Below, one piece after another: positions 54,087 to 64,000 of a stretch of 64,000 bases of DNA (position 1 is its first letter; every line of letters starts with the position of its first letter). Source of the DNA: Octopus sinensis (taxonomy: Eukaryota); the NCBI RefSeq assembly GCF_006345805.1, contig NC_043006.1:89218001-89282000 (forward strand), in the 5' to 3' direction. The notes under the pieces are model-generated. The model did not search any database and was not told the DNA's origin. It was given only the letters and a program-made list of their open reading frames with translations. Both the position numbers and the translations under genes were made by a program.

Positions 54087-56496
54087 ATGGAATTTACAGG
54101 TAAGATAGAACCGCCATTTTGGAATTAATCTTTGAAGGATATTCCAATACCTTCTAGAAAAGAATATATTTTGAAACTTATTAATAATATTAAGGATTTT
54201 GTTTCTAGAATTAAATGGAAAGCCTACTATTATAACTATAATATATCTAATTTTAATGATAGTATGAATGATAATTTTACTTCTAATTTTAAATCCAAAA
54301 ATGAACCCCCATTTAATAGAGAATTACAGATACTAGAAGATAATATTTGGAAGGTGGTGAAAAACATTAAATTTCATAAATACCCAAACAGAAATAATGA
54401 ATATTTAAGAAATTTAGCTATTAGAATTAAAGAAATGAGAAATATGGATGGTAGTATTGTACAATCAGATAAAACTAGGAATCTATATAAACTGGATGTT
54501 GAATTATATAACCTTTTAGAGAAAGAGATAATTAAAAAATATAAAATTGTTCCAGATAGTATACTTTATAATATTAATAAGGCCTCTAAATTAGTCATGA
54601 TAAACTATGAGTTGGATAATAAAACTGAATCTTATGTACCTATGCACCCTAGAATTACTTTGAAAGACCATAAAGATAATTTTTATTCAGACCCTAAAGT
54701 TAGATTAATTTGTCCATGTAAATCTGACTTTGGTAAATTGAGTAAACTTATTTTAGATAAATATATTAATAAATTAACTAAACTTAATTACTTAAAATTA
54801 TGGTTTAGTAATAATAATACTTTAAATTGGTTTAATGATATTAAAGATAAAAATCGATACAAATTTATTCAAATAGATATAGATAATTACTATTCTTCTA
54901 TTAATGAAATTGTGTTTAATAAGGCCCTTATCTTTGCAATGAATAAAGTGGGAATGACTTTTGAAGAGGTTAATGTAATTAAAATGGCTAGGAAATCGTT
55001 TATAAGATACAATAATAAATTATGGGCTAGCAAAGATACTAGGGACTTTTTTGATATATCTATGGGGGCACCTGATTCTGCACAAGCTACGGATTTAGTG
55101 GGTATTTATCTTTTATCTGAACTCCAATTAGAAAATTTATAAATAGAGGGTGGTTTATATAGGGATGATCTTCTACTAATTAATAAGAATTGCACTTATA
55201 GGAACCTTGAATTATATAAGAAAAAACTTTATAGTTTCATTAAAAGATATGGTTTAAGTATTACTATATATAATGAGAATTTTAATGTTAATTATTTAGA
55301 TGTTAATTTTAATCTAATTACGGGTAAAACACAACCATATCATAAACTTAATGAGAACCTTAGATATATAAATGTTAATAGTAATCACCCACCATCAATT
55401 AAAAAGTCGTTAATTAATAATATAAGTAAACGTATATCATTACTTTCTTATGATTTAGAGATTTTTAATAAACATGCTCCTTATTACAATGAGGTCCTTA
55501 GAGAGGCAGGTTATAATAGTAATATTAAATTTTTTATTAAAAATAAAGATAAAACTATTAATAATAAAGATAAAAATATTAATGATAATTATAATAATTT
55601 TGTTAGTAATATTAGTAATAATTTTAGTAATTATAAAATTAAAAATAATATAAATAAAAATAAGAATAAAATTAAAAATAATAACTTTAATAATTCTTTA
55701 AATGTTAATTATAATTATAAATTTAAATCTAATAATATGATAAAGAAATATAATAATAGTAATGGTAACAATAATAATAATAGTTTTAATAATAATAATA
55801 AGAAAAATAAGAATAAAATTTGGTTAATAGTTCCTTATGGTGCTCAAGTTAAAACGAACATTATTAAAGAGATTTTAGATATTATTGAACAATTTATTCA
55901 AGATAATCGTAAATATAAAAATATTTTCTCTAGTAATAATTTTGGAGTAGGTTATTCTACAACTAATAGTGTAGGTAACATTATTTCTTCTTTTAACAAA
56001 TTTAAACTGAATAATTTTAATAAAAATAAATTATATAATAATACTAAAAATAAAAAAGATAAGACACTCATTAACTGTACATGTAGAGATAAAACTAAAT
56101 GCAAAATAAATAATAAATGTGATATTAACGATGTAGTGTATAAATGTATAGTTATAAGAATAATAAGAATAATAATAACTTAAACGCGATATATATAGGG
56201 TCCACTTCCTTTAAAATAAAATTAAGAATCGCACAGCATATGCATTCATTTAACTCAACTGGAGTAAGTACATTTGGGGACTTAAATCCCAAAATATTAA
56301 TTATGATTTAACATGGGAAATAATTAGTAAGGCTAAATCATATAGTATAGGAGGGAATTTTTGTTATTTATGTTCAAATGAGTTTAAGGAAATTTTATTT
56401 TATAAGCATGATAATTTAGTGAATACCTGGGATGAGCGCAAAATAAAATACAGACACAAGTTACTTTACTTATATAATAAATTTCTAGATAAATAA
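54087..56496 (+). pseudogene. Naiad-type PLE polyprotein (RT, Zn-binding linker, GIY-YIG endonuclease) with two TAA stops and two frameshifts
   Basis: SLKDIPIPS..SRIKWKAYY; SDKTRNLY; ITLKDHKDNF..RLICPCKSDFG; DIDNYYSSI; FDISMG; GGLYRDDLL; NYLDVNF; SNHPPSI; CTCRDKTKC..KC..VVYKC; IYIGSTS..R..H; WEII..AKSY..CYLC. Stops at 54126 and 55140; frameshifts near 56170 and 56265. Confidence 0.88.
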
Positions 56497-56689
56497 TGAA
56501 TATTTCTTAGCCCTAATTAGCTCATTTCCGTTATAATTTTGTTAAATTAATATATATGTATGTAATCTCTTTACATTTGAAATAGATCTTTTTTTGGATG
56601 TTTATTTAATCTATTTTATTTAATATAGAAGTATAGTTTAGTAAGATTGAGTATATAGATTAAACTTAATGTTTACCTCTATGTTTGTA

Positions 56690-56913
56690 TTGAAGTATGA
56701 ATATTGAGATTTATATACATATTTATTTATATATGTGTTCATGTGTGTGAATGTATGTATATATGTGTATATGTTTATGTATATGTATATACATTTATTT
56801 ATGCGTGTGTGTGTGTGGGTGTGTGTATATATGTGTATGTATTGCGTATTGTATGTATGTATGTGTATGTGTGTATGTATGTATGTGCATGTATGTATGT
56901 GTATGTGTGTATG

Positions 56914-56958
<45 letters not shown>

Positions 56959-56980
56959 ATTTATATATATATATATACGC
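56690..56980. repeat. (TA)/(TG)/(TATG)n compound microsatellite inside the PLE 3' region
   Basis: Directly visible. Confidence 0.95.
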
Positions 56981-58481
56981 ATGTATAGTTATAGCTCAAA
57001 TTTTGATAAGTATTTTAGAGTTGATGGTTATGATCACTAGTTTTAGCTTATAATTATAAGAGTAATAGGGAAAGAATTTATAGTACGTTGAGGGGTTACT
57101 ATAAAAACTTTATTTTTATATATTTATTAATCATATGAGATTTTTAGAGTATATATAATTATTTAATTTATTCTGTATTAAGTATTATTTATCATAGTTA
57201 TTTTATTAATAAATCTTAGAGTATAAGAATTTACTTAGCGATAGATACGTTGTTTGATAGCAAGTATACAAGTAGTTTGAAGTTAGGTTTAATAAATCTT
57301 ATAGTATAGAGTGATTCTATTCTTTATCTGTAAGTTCATTCTATTTACATTTATTGATAAACCATAACTGTTCCGATTCACAATCTTCATTGATAAAGCG
57401 TATTTGTTACTCATGCTTAATGAATTCTTCAACAATTCATTCTTTTTTTGCTAATAACGTAATTCCACGAGTATTCTTATAAACGCTGTAAAGACGTTTT
57501 CCGATTCAAAATTTTAGTTCATCACAAAACCTCGCTAAGCTAAGTATATATATATTTATATTTAAGATCTTTGAATTTTAATATTTTACAAGTCTTATGG
57601 TGTAATAATATTGTTTTTTATGTAAATATCGTTGTTTATGTAATGATCTAATTATCGTAATTTTCTTTATAATTATGAGATATTAACTTTAAGTTTATTC
57701 GTAAGAATTTACTTAGCAATAGATATGTTGTTGGATAGCAAGTATACGAGTTGTTTGAAGTTAGGTTTATGTATATACATGTATTAAAAGCATTAATTGT
57801 AGTTTTAAATTTCTTATAATTATTATTTTAACTTATCTATTGTCTTTTTAAATTGATATTTGCTAGATTTATTATTCCCATTGATAAATATATTTATAGT
57901 ATTTATTTGATACTATATAACTACGAATTGATTATTTCTTTAAGTATTTTAAATATAAGATTTCTGAAAGTTATTATTTAGCCAACAAGATATAAAGATA
58001 GTTAATTTGATGTAGCGTTCATATAAGATTGTTTGTTTGTTGTTTTGAAATTAGCTATTTCATCTTTAAATATGAAAAATTAATTTATTAGGTCTTTATT
58101 ATATGTGCATATATATATCTATAGAGATTATTTTAGATCTTAATTATAATATTTATATACATTTATATATTTTCATTGATAATTTATATATTATTTGAAT
58201 TTTATATCTTTAATAATATAATAGTTTTTTTGTAAAATATTTATGTAATTAGATATTGACTATTACTGATATTAGATTATTGGTGGGTGTCTTACCTTAC
58301 AAATTAATACTTAAAAATTAGAATTAATATTTAACATTATAATTGATGTTTTGATTTAATCATAATCGTTAAGTTTCTAGTTAGATAATAGAGTTTTTTA
58401 TAAGTAAAATTATTATATTATTTATTTCTTAAAAATATTGCTTACATATTTCTGTTTACTTATTAAAATATTACAATTAAC

Positions 58482-58569
58482 CTGAAGATTGACTGTAACC
58501 ATAATTCGAATTATTAATTGAATTTAAATTATTGTTATTCGAATTGGTTACGGGCATGAAACGATCGTA
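58482..58569 (+). ncRNA. Candidate type I hammerhead ribozyme in the right pLTR
   Basis: CTGAAGA, then GTAACCA..ATTCGAAT / ATTCGAAT..TGGTTAC stem II, GAAA, the palindrome ACGATCGT and an A cleavage-site base. Only ~2 bp of stem I are evident. Confidence 0.55.
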
Positions 58570-59187
58570 GTGCTTTTACTATTTTCTTATATTAAACTTT
58601 TAATACTTTTTGATAGTTATATAATTTACAAAAAAATAATAAATAAATAAAATAAAATAATAAAATAATAAATAATAATAAAAAAAATAAAAGAAAATAT
58701 ATATATATATATATATAGTTATATAATTTAGAAAAAAATAATAAATAAATAAAATAAAATAATAAAATGATAAATAATAATTAAAAAATACAAGAGAATA
58801 TATATATATATATATTTTGATTTTTTTTGATTTTGATTTTTCCAGTTTCAGCTTATGAGCTGTGGCCATGCTGGGGCACCGCCATTTATATATATACATA
58901 TACATATATATATATATTTAAAATTTATAAGTTTAAATTATCTAAATAATTTTCAAAATTTTAACTTTAATTAAATATTTTAATTTTAAATTTTATATGT
59001 TATATTTTTTATATTTTATATTTTATATTTTTTTAATTAATTTTTTTCTATGTATTGGCTTATGATTTTGACTGTTTGATTTGCCTAATAGTGGTTTTAT
59101 CTCTAATTTAATATAATATATATTTATACTATAAAATTGGATTTAATCCTAAATATAATTTTTCCCTGTAAGTTTGGATTTACTCCC

Positions 59188-59225
<38 letters not shown>

Positions 59226-59235
59226 GTATATATAT

Positions 59236-59270
59236 GTTTCCGACGAAGAGCTCCGCTCGAAACGTCATAC
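59236..59270 (+). ncRNA. Candidate minimal hammerhead ribozyme of a Penelope-associated repeat
   Basis: GTTT-CCGACGA-A-GAGC(TCC)GCTC-GAAA-CG-TC-ATAC, with an ACGT palindrome in place of stem III and one mismatch in stem I. Confidence 0.6.
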
Positions 59271-59401
59271 CCTCCTTCTTCCATTTTCATGAGCGCCTAA
59301 TAATAATAATACTGTAATTGTTCCACGTGTTGTTTTTTCTGTTTTCCCGTTTGGATTAACCTTATATATATATATGTATATGTATATGTATATCTATATA
59401 T

Positions 59402-59435
<34 letters not shown>

Positions 59436-59448
59436 ATAGATATATATC

Positions 59449-59488
<40 letters not shown>

Positions 59489-59490
<2 letters not shown>

Positions 59491-59782
59491 GAGGCGCAGT
59501 GGCCCAGTGGTTAGGGCAGCAAACTCGCGGTCGTAGGATCGTGGTTTCGATTCCCAGAGTGTTTATTGAGCGAAAACACCTCAAGCTCTACGAGGCTCCA
59601 GCAGGGGGTAGTGGTGATCCCTGCTGTACTCTTTTGCCACAACTTTCTCTCACTCTTTCGTCTGTTGGCCTGCTCGCTTAGCCAGTGGGGTGGCGTCATT
59701 TGAAGGCTAAAACAATGCTAAGCGCATTGTGACCAGCGATGTGTAGCAACATCTGATAGCCTGGTCGGTCACGGTGATCACA

Positions 59783-59790
<8 letters not shown>
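59489..59790 (+). mobile_element. tRNA-derived SINE, third family, well preserved
   Basis: A-box TGGCCCAGTGG and B-box GGTTTCGATTCCC in a tRNA-like head. The tail ends GTCACGGTGATCACAGTG at an (AT)n run. Confidence 0.85.
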
Positions 59791-59829
<39 letters not shown>

Positions 59830-59850
59830 TATATATATATATATAATACA

Positions 59851-59900
<50 letters not shown>

Positions 59901-60052
59901 CATATATATATACTATATATATATATATATTATACATATATATATATATATATATACATATATATATAGATATATATTACATATATATATACATATATAT
60001 ATACTATATATATACATATATATATACATATATATATACATATATATATTAC

Positions 60053-60085
<33 letters not shown>

Positions 60086-60100
60086 GATATATATATCTAC

Positions 60101-60157
<57 letters not shown>

Positions 60158-60350
60158 ATATAATATATATATATACACATATATAATACATATATATATA
60201 TACAAAAACAGTCTGACGAACGGCAACGTTAAACTCAGAGTAACAGGTTTTGTTGAATTTTCTGCTGCTTTAAATAAAGCATATTACTCTACCACTGGTA
60301 TTTGAGTACTCTTTTTTCCACCTTGTTTCACATTTATGTGCTTACTCCAG

Positions 60351-60416
<66 letters not shown>

Positions 60417-60499
60417 TACATATATATACATATATATACATATATAGAGAAGGGAAGACAGAGGGAAAAAAAAATCGCCAACGGTACACACGAGGTCAC

Positions 60500-60548
<49 letters not shown>

Positions 60549-60627
60549 TATATATATATATATTACTCTACCACTGGTATTTGAGTACTCTTTTTTCCAC
60601 CTCGTTTCACATTTATGTGCTTACTCC

Positions 60628-60681
<54 letters not shown>

Positions 60682-60872
60682 AGGGAAGACAGAGGGAAAA
60701 AATATCGCCAACGGTACACACGAGGTCACATATACATATATATATACAATATATATACGTATATATATATATATATAATATATATACACATATATACATA
60801 TATATATATAATATATATACACATATATACATATATATATATATGTATGTAAATATATATATATATATATAT

Positions 60873-60922
<50 letters not shown>

Positions 60923-60948
60923 TATATATACACACACACATATATATA

Positions 60949-60996
<48 letters not shown>

Positions 60997-61425
60997 CATA
61001 TATAGCTAATGTACGATAAAATGTTTTTCGGCAAAAAATTTTATCAATGGCCAGCATATCAAAAAATACCTTTAAAGGTTAAATTCATAAATAATTTACA
61101 AAATAAGGGCAAAAGAAAAATTCTAATGCCAAATATGCCAAAGAAAAGACAAAAATTGTTAACGGATTTTTTAGAATTTTCTATCGGTTTGTTTCGGGAC
61201 GCATAAATTATAATTGTTATTGACAATTTTTGTCTTTTCTTCGGCATATTTGGCATTAGAATTTTCATTTTGCCCTTATACATACATATACATATATATA
61301 TATATAGATATATATATATATATATATATATACATACATATATATATACATACATATATATATATACATATATACATACATATATATATATACATATATA
61401 CATATACATATATACATATATACAA

Positions 61426-61490
<65 letters not shown>

Positions 61491-61673
61491 ATACACATAT
61501 ATAATATACATATATATATACACATATATATATATACATATATATATACACATATATATATATACATATATATATACACATACATATATATATCACATAT
61601 ATATACATATATATATATACATATATATATATACATATATTTATACATATATACACATATACATATATATATA

Positions 61674-61738
<65 letters not shown>
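59791..61738. repeat. (AT)n/(ATAC)n microsatellite field interleaved with short duplicated unique blocks
   Basis: Directly visible; it produces all the I/Y-rich ORFs in the track. Blocks at 60283-60500 and 60563-60730 are duplicates. Confidence 0.95.
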
Positions 61739-63930
61739 TAAATTTACACCAACCCCACAACGTTCTAATTACTATGAAATAAAAGCTTATATTTTGGAAT
61801 TTTGCAGGAAAGTAAGACTTACCGAGGAATTTCATGGCAAACTAATAGATGAGGATTCAATAGCTAGAAACAAGAGCAATTACACCCCCACCAAGGGAAA
61901 GAATAAAGCCTTAGACCACTATTGTGACTACATAACTAATTTCCCGTTTCAATTCACCAAAAAACAAAAACACAGCCCTAACTTTAACAAAAGAGAATGG
62001 AACGACCTCATCAAACTAAAAGAAGACAAAGCAATAACAATTAAGAAGGCAGACAAGGGCAACGCGATAGTAGTAATGAATACAAACGATTATAAAAATT
62101 TAGTACAATCCCTATTAAGAGATGAAACGTATTATGAAAGGCCCCAACAGTATAATCAGCAAAAAATAATGCATAACCTCAGGACATTAATCAACACATA
62201 CTGAGAAGGACTCATGGAGAAGGAGTATGAATACCTCACTAACTTCAAATGCAAATCGAGTTTGTTCTATGGTATCCCTAAAGTACACAAAAGCCAAATA
62301 ATTAGAGAAACATGCAAAACATCTACCGATATGCTCATCAAAATCCCTTCACCAAATGATCTTAAACTTAGACCGATAATAGCAGGGCCAGCATGTGAGA
62401 CTCACCGCCTCAGCAATTTCTTAGACACACTTCTTAAACCTTTCCTAAAACACATCAAAAGCTACGTAAGAGACGATATAGACATGCTCAACCACCTCCC
62501 TAAAACAGTCAATGAGAAAACCCTTCTAGTATCATTCGACGTAGTTAATCTTTATTCTAACATCCCTCACAACCTAGGAATAGAAGCGATCACCTTCTGG
62601 CTGAATAACTACTCCTTTGAACTCCCAACTCGCATAAACAAAAACCTTATAATAGAAGGACTTAGATTTATTTTAGAAAACAATTACTTTATTTTTGACA
62701 ATGATTTCTACAGACAAAGATCGGGAACAGTGATGGGCACGCGTACTGCACCCTCTTTTGCCAACCTAGTGATGGGATACCTCGAGAAAATACTCTACGA
62801 GATAACACTCAAGAAATTTGGAAACACCTTCTCCACCTACATCCAGAACAACTGGAAAAGATACCTCGATGAATGTTTCATCATCTGGGATAAAAGTATA
62901 GAGAAACTTGAGGAATTTAAAATACTATTAAATGGAATACATGATAATATACAATTCACGATGGATCATAACGAAGAAGAATTACCATTTTTAGACATCC
63001 TCATTAAGAAAACCGACAACAAAATAGAGACAGATATCTACTATAAACCGACAGACTCCAAACAGTACCTACCCTTTGATTCATGCCACCCACGACACAC
63101 TAGAATAAATGTCCCTTTTTGTTTAGCTAGAAGGATTTGCACCATAATATCAGACACAAACACCCGACACACACGTCTCCAGGAACTTAGAACCACACTC
63201 ACTAATAGAAACTATCCACAGCCCCTAATAGACAGTGCAATCCAAAGGGCACTCAAATTAAGTATAGAAGACCTGAGACAAACAAAACCAAAAAAGAAAG
63301 AACAATTAAAAACCCTTCCCTACATCTCTACACACAACCCACTCAACAATGAGGCCTTCAGCACCATACTACAAAGCACAGCCCTGCTAAAGGGTGACCC
63401 AAAGATGAACCAGATCCTCGAAACACATACCATCATTAAAAGTAAATGGCAACCAAAATCCTTGAAAAGGATTTTAACCCAAGCTAAACTGCACTCAACA
63501 TCAACCACAAAACCAGCAGTTAGAAAATGTGGAAGGCCCAACTGCGGAATCTGTGTCATCTTGGTAGAAGGTTCAGAATTTATACTAGAACAAGGCCATC
63601 AGTTCACCATTAGAGCAAACTTCACCTGCGCATCAGAAAACTTAATTTACGTCTTAACATGTGCAGGCTGCAATAGGCAGTATATAGGCCATACAAAAAA
63701 TAGCTTACGTAACAGGATGGCGGTGCATAAAACACAAATTAGAAACTCTGAATACCGAAAAATACTGGTCAGCGGACACATAGATGTGCTGCAAATGTAA
63801 ATCCGAAATTTACAACTTACCCACTTTATAAATTCAGTGACAGCGTAACCTTCACGCAACGCCAAAATAAAGAACTTTATTTCATCAAAAAATTTAGACC
63901 AAGTTTGAACACCTTGGGCCAGGAATATTA
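61739..63930 (+). pseudogene. Penelope/Poseidon-type PLE ORF (RT plus GIY-YIG), 5'-truncated at an (AT)n run, nearly intact
   Basis: KFTPTP; IKKADKG; FYGIPKVHK; LRPIIAG; LVSFDVVNLYSNI; GTVMGT..APSFANL; RYLDECF; LPFLD; YLPFDSCHP; C..P.C..C; LIYVLTC..C..QYIGHT. One TGA at 62202, a frameshift near 63790, and the catalytic YLDD reads YLDE. Confidence 0.93.
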
Positions 63931-64000
63931 AAACAAAGCATTGGTCCTCCGAAAAAGAGAAACGAAATTCTACCACAACCACTATGACTGCCCCAACTCG

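Larger units (their letters stand above)
52262..59196 (+). mobile_element. Penelope-like retroelement of Naiad type: inverted pLTR fragment, direct pLTR, RT/GIY-YIG ORF, direct pLTR
   Basis: Direct repeats 52513-54023 and 57526-59196. 52262-52514 is the reverse complement of 57474-57727. The ORF carries PLE motifs (see next feature). Confidence 0.88.

Noticed and set aside
54087-56496. Selenocysteine recoding, as reported for some Naiad elements
   Set aside because: The in-frame stops are TAA, not TGA, and the conserved cysteines I could read are TGT/TGC codons.
52262-59196. RIP-like C-to-T hypermutation as the cause of the AT bias
   Set aside because: The differences I sampled between pLTRs include transversions and go in both directions. 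The reading frame is largely preserved, which heavy post-insertion mutation would not allow. A full substitution spectrum was not computed.
56638-61835. Numerous I/Y/C/V-rich ORFs
   Set aside because: They are translations of (AT)n, (TG)n and (ATAC)n tracts.

Overview
This is a gene-poor, repeat-saturated animal genomic window. The SINE families and the (AT)n/(AAG)n/(GA)n microsatellite load look like a coleoid cephalopod, probably Octopus; that is recognition from memory, not a database result. I can support no intact host protein-coding gene. From left to right the window contains: (1) a head-to-tail cluster of decayed R4/Dong-like non-LTR retrotransposons joined by (AAT)n runs, one apparently full length (about 0.56-12.2 kb); (2) a ~580-bp tandem repeat; (3) a 212-bp-arm foldback/MITE and a Helitron-like element carrying an L1/Tx1-type ORF1 fragment; (4) many RTE/BovB-like LINE copies with a PHD finger inside the RT, several tRNA-derived SINEs, a complete but defective 1.29-kb mariner, and Tc1/pogo relics; (5) a 7.35-kb array of a 28-bp satellite with kilobase-scale higher-order duplications; (6) an extremely AT-rich Naiad-type Penelope-like retroelement with 1.5-1.7-kb direct pseudo-LTRs, a 5' inverted pseudo-LTR fragment and a candidate dimer-type hammerhead ribozyme in each pseudo-LTR; (7) further mini-hammerhead motifs and a second, Penelope/Poseidon-type element running off the right edge. 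Most ORFs in the supplied track are microsatellite artefacts or retroelement fragments. Coordinates were read by eye and element boundaries are approximate.
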